Assembly: GCA_016198125.1 (NCBI GenBank) | Contig: JACQJG010000018.1 | Coordinates: 2,843-66,842, forward strand | Direction of reading: 5' to 3' | DNA: 64,000 bases | From: Candidatus Iainarchaeum sp. | GTDB taxonomy: Archaea > Iainarchaeota > Iainarchaeia > Iainarchaeales > VGJJ01 | Shown here: in pieces, positions 9,618 to 18,991 of the stretch | Layout: every line of letters starts with the position of its first letter | How positions within the stretch are numbered: the first letter of the stretch is position 1 | Position numbers and translations under genes: made by a program | Notes under the pieces: model-generated | The model's database searches: none | What the model saw: only the letters and a program-made list of their open reading frames with translations | What the model was told of the DNA's origin: nothing

Positions 9618-10265
9618 TTGCATGAGGTGGTTTTTTTGAAGGTTGGAGTTCTTGGAACAGGCAACATGGGCAGTGCGCTGGCAAAGCAGTTGGCGCGTGC
9701 AAAACACGAAGTCATTGTGGGTTCAAGAGACGTTGAAAAGGCGCGCAGGATGGCCAAGCCATTGGGCAAAAAGTGTTGCGGGGCTTCCTATGAAGAGGCC
9801 GTAGCGCAGGCCGATGTTGTGGTGCTGGCAGTTCCTTACGCGCAAGCGGAAAGCGTGCTTATGCCTTTGCAGGGAGCGTTGAATGGAAAAGTGGTAGTGG
9901 ATATTACCAATCCCTTGAATGCAGATTTTTCTGGCCTGGTGGTGGGCCATACAAGTTCGGCCGCAGAGGAAATCCAAAAACGCGTTCCCAATGCGCGCGT
10001 GGTAAAAGCCTTTAACCATGTTTTCGCTCCAGTGCTTGCAAATGCGCACAAGTGGAAGTCCAAAAAGCCCAGCGTGTTCATTTGCGGTAACGATTTGGAA
10101 GCAAAGCAAACCGTGCAAAAACTCGTAAAAGACATTGGTTTTGTTCCGGTGGACGCAGGGCCTTTGCAGGCCGCGCGTTACATTGAGCCTGCCGCGTTTT
10201 TGATGGTGGCCTTGGCGTATGGCCAGAAAATGGGCCCCAAGTACGCGTTGAAACTCGTGAAATAA
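9618..10265 (+). CDS. NADP oxidoreductase, F420-dependent family (NpdG-like Rossmann fold)
   Basis: GTGNMG, GSR, VVLAVP, VDITNP, VVKAFN, DAGPL motifs. Confidence 0.88.
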   Translation: MHEVVFLKVGVLGTGNMGSALAKQLARAKHEVIVGSRDVEKARRMAKPLGKKCCGASYEEAVAQADVVVLAVPYAQAESVLMPLQGALNGKVVVDITNPLNADFSGLVVGHTSSAAEEIQKRVPNARVVKAFNHVFAPVLANAHKWKSKKPSVFICGNDLEAKQTVQKLVKDIGFVPVDAGPLQAARYIEPAAFLMVALAYGQKMGPKYALKLVK

Positions 10266-10292
10266 GCACAGGCATTCCAACACGAGTGGGCA

Positions 10293-10363
10293 TGCAGCGA
10301 CCGGGAATCGAACCCGGGTCACGACCTTGGGAAGGTCGTAGAATGCCATTATCCCATCGCTGC
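10293..10363 (-). tRNA. tRNA-Gly(CCC)
   Basis: GCAGCGA acceptor stem, CGACC-TTCCCAA-GGTCG anticodon arm, GGTTCGATTCC T arm. Confidence 0.93.
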
Positions 10364-10411
10364 CTTGTTTAGTTTTTTTGTGCGCGTGGTTTTTAAGGCG
10401 TTGTATGGGAA

Positions 10412-11008
10412 TTAGTTGTCTTCATGGCGCGCGTCGAAGCGAATGACCCTGTTATTGTCCCGGCGCTCGGCTTTTCTTCTGTCGTCTTTTCTGCGCGTGG
10501 ACGCCCAGTAAAAGTGTTGTTTGGACGGGTCATATCCAATGAGGTAGTCTCTCTTGCCAGTCGTAAAACGTGCGCCGGGCATTTTTTCAGGCCCTATTTT
10601 TAGATGTGCAATGGCTTGGGCGCGCGTGCAGGAATGTTCTTTTGCAATCATTCTTACGCGGTGTTCGACTGCTTGGCGTGTTTTTGTAAACCATTCTTTA
10701 GGTAATGCCTTGTCTGCCGCGTATTTGGTTGGAATGTATTCCCTCCAAGCCATTGCTTCGCGCCTGCCTTTGAAGGGGGGCTTAACGCTCTGGTTTTCGC
10801 GCCATTCCTTGCGTAAATCGTTTTCATGGGTTCTGTTTTCAAACCCGCTTCTGCGTTCTCTTCCGGTGTACACGCCCTTTTGCGGTGCGTATTGTAAGGC
10901 AGGTTCGCCTTCGTTTAGAGTTCCCAATTGCATGTGCGCAGGCTTTATCACCCGAATGGACAAACCTTTAATGGGCGCATGCGGGGTGGTGGAGCGTTTC
11001 TTGGGCAT
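10412..11008 (-). CDS. Hypothetical basic protein (MPKKRS leader; ERR/DRR motifs)
   Basis: 198-aa ORF downstream of metK. Confidence 0.65.
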   Translation of the reverse strand: MPKKRSTTPHAPIKGLSIRVIKPAHMQLGTLNEGEPALQYAPQKGVYTGRERRSGFENRTHENDLRKEWRENQSVKPPFKGRREAMAWREYIPTKYAADKALPKEWFTKTRQAVEHRVRMIAKEHSCTRAQAIAHLKIGPEKMPGARFTTGKRDYLIGYDPSKQHFYWASTRRKDDRRKAERRDNNRVIRFDARHEDN

Positions 11009-11053
11009 TGAATGACTGAACCTTTTTTTGGCTTATTATGGTTTTGCTTTTTT

Positions 11054-13579
11054 TCATGATTGAGCAAGGACTTGGACTTCTTTTTGCAGGGCTTGAACCT
11101 TGTCTGTTTTTTCCCACGTGAATTCAGGTTCATTTCTTCCAAAGTGTCCATACGCTGCCGTTTTTTTGTAAATGGGCCTGCGCAGGTCAAGGGCTTCAAT
11201 GATTCCTTTGGGGGTTAAGGGAAATATGTTGCGCACGGCTTCGGATAAAACTTCTTCGCTTACCTTTCCAGTGCCAAACGCGTTCACGTATACACTTACC
11301 GGTTGTGCCACTCCAATGGCGTAAGCCAATTGTATTTCGCATTTATCCGCGAGCTTGGCCGCTACAATGTTTTTGGCAATGTAGCGCGCCATGTAGCACG
11401 CGCTGCGGTCCACTTTGTTGGGCTCTTTTCCGGAATTGTGGCAAACAAATCCGTTGGCCGTATAAGTGTGTGAAAATGGAATATTCAAATCATATGTATG
11501 GGAAAAAGAGGGTATTCTATTTTGTAGTTTCGAATAATAGTGCCCCATATAATAGAGTTCTTGAAGTTTGAGGAATTCTGGTTCATTTTTAAAAAATTCT
11601 TCATACGTTTCTGTGAATTCTTTCAATTTTTCATAGGTTAATTCTTTTGTAGCTTTGCCTTCATTGCTTCTTGTAAATCGTGCAATTTTACATTTATCCA
11701 ATTTCTGTTCTTTTAGTGGGAGCTTTTTGAATAGATGAATAATTCTGTTTCGTTGGTTTGGAATGATTAACCAATCTTTTTTTCCAATGGACTTTCCTTC
11801 TAATATTTTTTGCTTTCGTGAAAGTTTGAATCCAATGTTTTCTAAAAATAAGTTACCACCTTTGCTTCCTTTGATGGTTAAGTCGTAGCGGTCATGTTTG
11901 GAGTTAATCAGCCTTCCTTTTATGTAAGCGGGTTTTTTTCCAACTTTAACAGTTCTTAGCACAGAAATGATGCCAAAGTTAAGCAAAAGTAACTGAGTTT
12001 GCTCAGCTAACTTTTTGCTTGTGGTGGTCAAATGGATTCTCTTTGTGTTCTTATTTCGTCCATCGATTCGAATGCTGCCATCCGTATCAAATAATCCGCG
12101 TAAAAACGCGGCGCAATTATTTTTACTGGCATTAAATATGGCTGTTGGAACGACTTTTTCATACGATTTTGCGTAATTGAGGCCCAAATTTTTCAAATAC
12201 GCCCTAAGCTCTACTCCTCCAATATAGGCCCAATGACCATAAACGTTGCCTTTATCGTTAAAGAGCCTAAAGAATACGTTTTGAACAATCGTTTTCATTT
12301 CGTTTTCGCATACGCATATTTTGAGGTGTCCTTTATCTGTGCAATCTCCGTCGCCGACCGATAAGCCCAGTAAGTAAGCATAATCTTCAGTTAATTTCTT
12401 TGGAAAAATATATTTTTTCTTTCTTCCTTCCGCTGTTCCTTCCCTATATGCATATTTAAACTTTGGAATTTCGTTGTCGCCAAAGAATCGGTTTTTTGTT
12501 TGAATAGCGAGCCAGTCGTTAGATACGAGTTTTTCAACCGGTTTCCAAACATAGTTTCCTGCGGGGTCTATGACCCGTATATTGTGATTGGGGGTTGCTT
12601 CTAATGAATACCCGTCATACGTTTGAATGATCTCGGTTTGCTTAATTCCGTTATCATACCAGTCTCCTGCTGGCATGGGGTGTACATCTGTTTTTACAAG
12701 CAAACTGTTTTCTCCAACTCTTTTACATTCGTCAAGTTTGATTAACCCTTTTTCAGTGTTAACAAGTGAATCGCCTGCCAGGCAAAACGCGCCTCCTCCG
12801 TGGGGCGCGTACCCTCCATACGTGTCCACAATGATTTTTCTTCCGGTTAAACCCGAGTCTGCCACAGGGCCTCCAATTTCAAATTTTCCTGTAGGGTTTA
12901 CAAAAATTTTTGTTTGCCCATCCATCATATTCCCGCAAACGGGTTCAATGACCTTCTCAATAAGGGTGTTTCGGATTTCCTCATGGTTTAACCCTTTTCG
13001 GTGGTGGGCGCTGACTACAACAGTGTCAATGCGTTTGGGTTTCCCGTTTTCGTATTCAATGGTGACTTGGCTTTTGCCATCCGGGTAAAGCCATTCAATT
13101 TCACCGCTTTTGCGTGCATGGGATAGTTTTTGCGTGAGTTTGTGTGCGAGGGTAATGGGTAATGGCATTAATTCAGGGGTTTCATTGCATGCAAATCCAA
13201 ACATCATGCCCTGGTCTCCCGCCCCTTCTTCTTTGTGCAGGCCTTCTCCTTCGTTGACTCCTTGTGCAATGTCAGGGGATTGTTCGGACACGGAAATCAG
13301 AACGGCACACGTGTCCGCGTCAAAGCCCATGTCCGTGTGAGTGTATCCTATTTCACGGATTGTATCGCGCACTACTTTCTGGAAGTCGATTCTGGCTTTT
13401 GTGGTGAGCTCTCCTGCCACCATTACAAAACCCGTTTTAATCAGGGTTTCAATTCCTGTACGCGAATAAGGGTCTTGTTTCAACACTGCGTCTACAATGG
13501 CATCGGATATTTGGTCGCACGTTTTGTCCGGATGGCCTTCGGTTACGGATTCGGATGTGAAATAGTATTTTCCCCTCAT
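11054..13579 (-). CDS. metK: S-adenosylmethionine synthetase, bacterial/eukaryotic type, intein-containing
   Basis: [42 protein letters not shown]|SGK, KVDRS, YGHFGR; start reassigned to ATG at 13579. Confidence 0.96.
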   Translation of the reverse strand: MRGKYYFTSESVTEGHPDKTCDQISDAIVDAVLKQDPYSRTGIETLIKTGFVMVAGELTTKARIDFQKVVRDTIREIGYTHTDMGFDADTCAVLISVSEQSPDIAQGVNEGEGLHKEEGAGDQGMMFGFACNETPELMPLPITLAHKLTQKLSHARKSGEIEWLYPDGKSQVTIEYENGKPKRIDTVVVSAHHRKGLNHEEIRNTLIEKVIEPVCGNMMDGQTKIFVNPTGKFEIGGPVADSGLTGRKIIVDTYGGYAPHGGGAFCLAGDSLVNTEKGLIKLDECKRVGENSLLVKTDVHPMPAGDWYDNGIKQTEIIQTYDGYSLEATPNHNIRVIDPAGNYVWKPVEKLVSNDWLAIQTKNRFFGDNEIPKFKYAYREGTAEGRKKKYIFPKKLTEDYAYLLGLSVGDGDCTDKGHLKICVCENEMKTIVQNVFFRLFNDKGNVYGHWAYIGGVELRAYLKNLGLNYAKSYEKVVPTAIFNASKNNCAAFLRGLFDTDGSIRIDGRNKNTKRIHLTTTSKKLAEQTQLLLLNFGIISVLRTVKVGKKPAYIKGRLINSKHDRYDLTIKGSKGGNLFLENIGFKLSRKQKILEGKSIGKKDWLIIPNQRNRIIHLFKKLPLKEQKLDKCKIARFTRSNEGKATKELTYEKLKEFTETYEEFFKNEPEFLKLQELYYMGHYYSKLQNRIPSFSHTYDLNIPFSHTYTANGFVCHNSGKEPNKVDRSACYMARYIAKNIVAAKLADKCEIQLAYAIGVAQPVSVYVNAFGTGKVSEEVLSEAVRNIFPLTPKGIIEALDLRRPIYKKTAAYGHFGRNEPEFTWEKTDKVQALQKEVQVLAQS
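11435..12784 (-). mobile_element. Intein (450 aa) with LAGLIDADG homing endonuclease in MetK
   Basis: Starts CLAGDS; block B LEATPNH; LLGLSVGDG and [10 protein letters not shown]; ends ANGFVCHN followed by Ser+1; visibly more AT-rich than the exteins. Confidence 0.95.
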
Positions 13580-13866
13580 GTTTGTCACAGGATCACCTTG
13601 TAAGGATGAACGCTGGAATGTTTTTAAGTTGATTTTGGTGCATCCAACGTTTTGATTTTTTTTTATACCGGCGCGCAAAGGAATTTTTTTTCCAACCCGC
13701 ATTCGGCTCTTAGGAATCGAACGGGTTCTCTGCTTTGGCGTTTTTTTCCTTTTTCGCGTTGTTCTTTGGCGTGGGCCATTCAAATGGCCCGCGCGCGTTG
13801 GACGCGTGCTTTCAAGCGTGCGTTTTGCCGGGCTTTTGGATCAATGATTTGAAAAATAAAAAAGGG

Positions 13867-13900
13867 GTTAAAGTGCCCAAGATTTTTGGGCACGTTTAAC
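13867..13900 (-). terminator. Hairpin plus T-tract, possible terminator of 13909..14454
   Basis: GTTAAA-GTGCCCAA-gattt-TTGGGCAC-g-TTTAAC inverted repeat, followed on the minus strand by a T-rich run. Confidence 0.45.
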
Positions 13901-13908
13901 GTTAAAAC

Positions 13909-14454
13909 TTATTGGCAAGGCCAATTTTCTGGGGTGTAAACGTCATAGACGTACACCCATTCCTGGTGGGTATCCTGGGAGTTGAAGATTAACGCTCCTG
14001 ATTCCACTGCGTTTGTTGTTGGGAACTGGAATGGAATCATTTTTCCTGCAAACGGAAGGGCGTCCTTGGCGCTTCCCCCAGAAGAAACCAGGTTGGCTGT
14101 TAGATTGGTTTGCGTGCCTGCGTTGGACCACGCGCCAAAGCCCCATGCCAAGTTTTCTTCAAAGGGTTGTTCCCGGCCATACCAAATGTCAGAATGCTTG
14201 AAGGTTGCAATGGCTCCAACAGGCACTTTAACATACCCGGGGCCGATGGCATACACTTGGGCCAGGGTTGAAACTGTGGGGGCTGAATCAAACAACCAGG
14301 AAGCCCATGATGCAAAATCCTGGGCCGTGGTACAACCAATAGGGGTGGGCGGAACGAGTAATTGTCCTTTCACTTGGGGGCCTTCCCGCGCAGAAGTTGT
14401 TCCTGCAATTCCAATCAAAAGAATGAACGATACTAGGAGCAGTGCATAACGCAT
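13909..14454 (-). CDS. Secreted hypothetical protein
   Basis: Signal peptide MRYALLLVSFILLIGIAGTTSA. Confidence 0.7.
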   Translation of the reverse strand: MRYALLLVSFILLIGIAGTTSAREGPQVKGQLLVPPTPIGCTTAQDFASWASWLFDSAPTVSTLAQVYAIGPGYVKVPVGAIATFKHSDIWYGREQPFEENLAWGFGAWSNAGTQTNLTANLVSSGGSAKDALPFAGKMIPFQFPTTNAVESGALIFNSQDTHQEWVYVYDVYTPENWPCQ

Positions 14455-14535
14455 AAACTCACCTCGTGAATGCCATTCCTTTCACGTATTTAAGGATAGC
14501 GCCTTGACAGAGGTTTTTATCCCAAAATACTAAAA

Positions 14536-15216
14536 CTAAAGGTTTTTCACGTAAAATCCAGGCTCTTCATGGTAGCCCATGGCTTGCGCGGCTTTTTCAT
14601 ATAATGCGCGCATGCGTGCTTGTACGCGTTCGATCACAGGGCCCGGGGCTTCGCCTGTTTTCACAGGAACTGCAGGATGCTTGTAATAATACAATGTTTC
14701 CGGCTTGCGTATTTTGACTTTTTTAAACCCGCACGCGCGTGCATGCTTTTCGGTTTCCTGTAAAAGGTAATTGGGCCAGGGCATTCCCAGGGCCGCATTC
14801 ATGCGCTGAACGTCTTTCACGTTTCCGCGCTTGCCTTGAAGGGCTTCTATGATCACTGCCTTTCGCTCGAATCCGAGCTTGGCTTGGACCAGCGCGCTGT
14901 CCCTGCGGACAGGAATTGGTTCTTCGGTTGAGCGGCCAGGGTAAATGCCCACACCTACACTTGACTCGTACGTGCTTCTTCCAATTCCCACTTCCCATTT
15001 CCCATACGCCAATGGATGCAAGGCAAACGTTTCAATGAACGGTTTTCCATGGGATAAAAGGGCTTCGCCTGCGGCAGTTTTAAAGTAATCTCGGATGAAC
15101 GCGCGCATGTACAGGTTTTTCATGCGGGGCAACAGCAAGCGGGGAGTAAGTTTTATGCGCGCGCGCTTGAGCCAAGATATGCGTTTGTGGATGTCCTCCT
15201 TTAATCTTGGTTTCAT
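14536..15216 (-). CDS. Hypothetical protein, GNAT/VirK(DUF535)-like; paralog of 18992..19735
   Basis: LGFERK..I.EA.QG...LL.E.E.HAR..GFK..KIR.PE.L.YY shared with the paralog. Confidence 0.65.
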   Translation of the reverse strand: MKPRLKEDIHKRISWLKRARIKLTPRLLLPRMKNLYMRAFIRDYFKTAAGEALLSHGKPFIETFALHPLAYGKWEVGIGRSTYESSVGVGIYPGRSTEEPIPVRRDSALVQAKLGFERKAVIIEALQGKRGNVKDVQRMNAALGMPWPNYLLQETEKHARACGFKKVKIRKPETLYYYKHPAVPVKTGEAPGPVIERVQARMRALYEKAAQAMGYHEEPGFYVKNL

Positions 15217-15314
15217 GCATGTTTTTTAATCAGACTAGAATTAAAGCAATTCCTTTTTGTCTTGGTGAAGTGTGCCAGTATGAGACTGCCATAGGTTCAG
15301 TATTCTTTGCAAGG

Positions 15315-16016
15315 TCATTTTGGGCGTCTGAGGAGAATGGTTTTCTTAAACCCCCGTGTTTCGTACGCTCCCTTTCGCCCACGTAGAGTTAGCTTGATTC
15401 GCTCGCCAAATTTGGTTTTTTGTTTTCCAAGCATGGCTTGGCGGCGTGTAATTTGTTCGCGAAGTACGCCCATTAAATCGCCGTGTGTGACGATTACGAT
15501 GTGAACTTCCACTGGTCGGCCAGTATATTGCCCGGAAACGCGAACTCCAAATTCTTCAGCGTTTCTTCTAATGCGTGCCAGGACTTCAGCCGGCTGTTCT
15601 ACGATTGAGGTGTGCGTTTTTCCTTGGATCCAGCGTTGATTGAATTCTTCCAGGGATAAGTCTCCGTATAGGGCGTCGAACCATTTTTGGTCTCGTATTT
15701 TTCCGTACTTGAATTTTTCTTCTGCTCTTGAGGCTAGGACTTTGACGGGTAGTTTTTGGGTGCGAACGGCACGCATGAGCGAGCCGCGAATAAGGCTCTG
15801 GAACTGCATGTTACGGCCAACAGGGCTTGCATAAAATTTGACAATTTTTTGAGTTTTTGTTTTTCCCAATTCGTTAGCCAACGTTTTTCCAATCGCAGTT
15901 CCTTGGGTCCTGCCGCGTACTGTTAAATTACCGCTCGTAATACTGTCAAGGGGGCGTTCTCCGTGTCGAAAAATGTGAATTACAACTTTGGCGGGTTGTT
16001 CCGAGTTTTTAACCAT
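15315..16016 (-). CDS. Histidine phosphatase superfamily protein
   Basis: RHGE, ASP..R, VTHG motifs. Confidence 0.85.
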   Translation of the reverse strand: MVKNSEQPAKVVIHIFRHGERPLDSITSGNLTVRGRTQGTAIGKTLANELGKTKTQKIVKFYASPVGRNMQFQSLIRGSLMRAVRTQKLPVKVLASRAEEKFKYGKIRDQKWFDALYGDLSLEEFNQRWIQGKTHTSIVEQPAEVLARIRRNAEEFGVRVSGQYTGRPVEVHIVIVTHGDLMGVLREQITRRQAMLGKQKTKFGERIKLTLRGRKGAYETRGFKKTILLRRPK

Positions 16017-16025
16017 TCGAAAACC

Positions 16026-17426
16026 TTAACTTAATTTTCGGATGACCCCTTTTTCAGCATCCACTTCAATGCGTTCTCCGCTTTTAAGAATGGAGGTCGC
16101 GTTGTTGGTCCCGGTAATACATGCAATTCCGATTTCGCGGCTGACAATGGCCGCATGCGAGGTGATTCCTCCACGGTCTGTAATAATGGCTTTTGCTTTT
16201 TTCATTAAAGGAACAAAATCTGGAGTTGTTTCAGGGGCAACCAAAATGTCTCCTTCTTCGAAATGCTTAAAATCATCTGGTGAAATGATCACCTTTGCGG
16301 TTCCTTGTATAATTCCACCTTTGGAAGCAACCGTTCCTTTTAGTTCGCTGGCCTGAATTGTTTGCGTTCCAACTATTTCATTTAGTAATTCTTGAAGTTC
16401 TTCGCCTGAAAAAAGGTGTTCTGTTCCGCTTTCATCCAAGAAACTACCCCACTTGGGTTTTCGTTCGGGCAGTTTATTGGGAAGTTTTCTTCCTTGTTTT
16501 AAAAATGAAAGAATTTCTCGGCTGGAAAGATAGCAAAACTCTTCGTAGGTTAAACCGTTTTCTTTGGCGATTTCTTCCATTCTTGGACGGGACAAAAAAC
16601 GACTTTGGCGGTTACTTCGGCGCAGTGCGTCCGCCAAAACGATAAAACCGCCATCAAGCGAAAAAGGGGTAAGGTTTTTTTGGGTTTTGGAACTTTTTTT
16701 TGTGCAATCCTTCCTTTTTCAAGGATTTTTTGTATTTCTTCCAAGCATTTTTCCTCGGAATACGCTTCTCCGCCCCAATGGTGGGTTCCAAACCATTCAA
16801 ACGTATTCACGTGTTTTTTTATCGCTGTTGCAATGGATTTATTCTCTTTGACAAAATGAGCGGTTACATTGGATGGCTGAATTTTTGGAAAATTTTTTTG
16901 AATCAACCGCGCAATTTTTTTAACGCCAAACGATTGTTCTTCAAGCCAAGTTGGTTTTCGCAGTGCTTCAACTTGTCTAACAATTTCCTTTGAGTCAAGT
17001 GTTGGATACTTTTTGAAAATATATGCTTCCAGTTCATCTGCCAATTGAAGGCTTAGCCACCAAAAACCCGCCAAGTCTTGATAGGTGTCAAATAAAGCTT
17101 CCAAGTAATCGATTTTTCCGTATTTTTTCTTTAAAATATTCAAGTGCCTCTGCTTGGTTTCTGCACCTATTTCTTCAACTTTTTTTTATGAATTCTTTGA
17201 TGTGATTGTTGTTGTCCATTTCTTTTATGGCGTTTTTCATGGCTTCCTTGTCAGTCATCTTTGTCAGGCTGTTTCCGTCCAAAAACAGCATGGAGTTAAA
17301 ACGCACATTAGAAAAAGTGGTTTTCACGCTTTTAACCGTATTCCAAGGCGACCAAAAACAACCCGAAAGTACTGGTTGAACCCAGCGGCCATAATTAATC
17401 CATTCGTTTTTGTTGAAGCGAGGCAT
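16026..17426 (-). pseudogene. PEP-utilizing enzyme mobile-domain protein, two homopolymer frameshifts
   Basis: Three ORFs join by removing one base of the 8-base run 17180-17187 and adding one to the 6-base run 16594-16599; C-terminal GDILVAPETTPDFVP, GGITSHAAIVSRE. Confidence 0.8.
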
Positions 17427-17583
17427 ATCTATTGGCTCTTTTGAAGTCTTAAAGAATTGTGCAAGGGGGCTATTAAACTGTTATGTGACAAGGGCTTTGC
17501 GGGCTTCCTCTCAACACTTGCAAGGCATTATTGCAATGCCCTTGTTCGTAGCAACCAGCCGAAACGGGTTCTACGCAATGCGA

Positions 17584-17655
17584 TGCGATCGCCGGGAATC
17601 GGACCCGGGTCCCGACCTTGGCAAGGTCGGATCATAGCCACTAGACCACGATCGC
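17584..17655 (-). tRNA. tRNA-Gly(GCC)
   Basis: GCGATCG acceptor stem, CGACC-TTGCCAA-GGTCG anticodon arm; T-loop reads TCCGATT. Confidence 0.92.
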
Positions 17656-17706
17656 GGTTTTGCAAAACATCTTCCATGAAATCAGGTTTTTAAAGGCGTG
17701 CGTGCC

Positions 17707-17907
17707 CTATGAAGAGTTTTTTTTCTTCTTGAGGGCTTCCAATTCTTTTTCCAGGTTGTGCTTGATTACAGAGTTCTTGGTGGCTTTTATGAGTTCTTCC
17801 AAGTGTTCCGGCGTTGCCTGCACGGGTTGAAAGTACAATTCTCCTCCAGGGCCTTCCATGAGCACGTCAATGGTGACGGGTTCTTCTTTTTTCTTTTTTT
17901 CCTGCAT
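17707..17907 (-). CDS. Small hypothetical protein
   Basis: 66-aa charged ORF with protein-like composition. Confidence 0.55.
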   Translation of the reverse strand: MQEKKKKEEPVTIDVLMEGPGGELYFQPVQATPEHLEELIKATKNSVIKHNLEKELEALKKKKNSS

Positions 17908-17988
17908 GCACTCCCAAAAGGCTTTTCTTGGATTTAAGGGTTTTTGTATTTTTTTTGACGCAAGGTTAATACATTCTTTGGGTGTATT

Positions 17989-18210
17989 TTGCTACGGAAG
18001 TGGTTTTTCTTGAACCGCATGCTTATACTGGTATTAGTGGCTGGTTTGGTTCTTGTGCTCGGAGGAAGCGCAGTATACGCAGTTTCTCCCACACCGCAGG
18101 CTTTGCCGTCCGATGGAATAATCTTTGGGAAGGCCCTTCAGTCTTTGGACCCGGGCACCGGCCAAATATACCCGGATGGTCATTGGGCGTCAAAAAAACG
18201 CGCGCACTAG
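17989..18210 (+). CDS. Small secreted peptide
   Basis: Hydrophobic leader ending AVYA, then a short polar region. Confidence 0.5.
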   Translation: MLRKWFFLNRMLILVLVAGLVLVLGGSAVYAVSPTPQALPSDGIIFGKALQSLDPGTGQIYPDGHWASKKRAH

Positions 18211-18248
18211 AGTATAGGGCTAAATACATGGGGCCCGTTTTTCATTAC

Positions 18249-18971
18249 ATGCCAGCGCGCTTTTTTCCATGGAAGCGTTTTTTTAACGTGGTCTTGTTGC
18301 CAGCGCGCACTGTGCGCGAGTATGCGCGCGCTCAAAAACTCATTGCCCAGCAAGAAAAAGTATTGAACCTTTTACGCACAAAAAAGTCTGTTTCTTTTTT
18401 TCGCGTGAAGGCCCGTAAAATGGAATTGATGGAAATCATTGAACGTAGGAAAAAGGCAGAGCACGCATTTAGATCTGCGGCCAAAAGACTGCATGACCAC
18501 TTGGTGTCCAAGGGCGTTCCGCGTTTTTTTATTCCTGCAGGACTTTTTGTGCCGTTCACGCTTCCGGAAGCCGTGCTGCACTTGGCATTTTTGTATAATA
18601 GGCACCCAAGAAAGCAGGAAGAACCGCTTTACATTAGAAGGAAGATACTGAAGGGGCTTTCTGCGCACGACCGTCATTTTGAAGGAAAGAAAGCCGTTGG
18701 GTGGTGTGCACTGCGCGTGACCAACGCGCGCTATGAGGTTGAGTTGCACTGGAATTCTTGGCCTGAATTCAAGGATTACGTGAAATACTTTGAAAACATA
18801 CGGGCATCTCAGGTTGTGGTCAGGGAAGGAAAAGAGGTCTACATCAAAATTTCAGGAAGGTTTCCGGCAAATGGCATTAAGGAATATGCCGCCGCCGTGG
18901 ACGTAGTTGGCGCTATTCCAGTTCGGGTGGGGCAGTACATGGACAAGTATGGCAAAAGGCACAGGTATTAA
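18249..18971 (+). CDS. Hypothetical basic protein (MPARFFPWKRFF leader)
   Basis: 3' part of ORF 17982..18971; start reassigned to avoid overlap. Confidence 0.6.
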   Translation: MPARFFPWKRFFNVVLLPARTVREYARAQKLIAQQEKVLNLLRTKKSVSFFRVKARKMELMEIIERRKKAEHAFRSAAKRLHDHLVSKGVPRFFIPAGLFVPFTLPEAVLHLAFLYNRHPRKQEEPLYIRRKILKGLSAHDRHFEGKKAVGWCALRVTNARYEVELHWNSWPEFKDYVKYFENIRASQVVVREGKEVYIKISGRFPANGIKEYAAAVDVVGAIPVRVGQYMDKYGKRHRY

Positions 18972-18991
18972 GAGGTTGGAAAGGTTTAGTG

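Noticed and set aside
9373-10290. Inverted 10-mer TCCAACACGA flanking tRNA-Gly(TCC) and the oxidoreductase gene
   Set aside because: Too short to distinguish from chance, and no recombinase nearby.
13580-13783. 68-aa basic N-terminal extension of MetK in the ORF track
   Set aside because: MetK homology starts at [11 protein letters not shown] (13579); the upstream part is hairpin-containing intergenic DNA from an alternative start.
17982-18248. 329-aa single ORF 17982..18971
   Set aside because: The 5' part overlaps a more plausible signal-peptide ORF; the start was moved to 18249.
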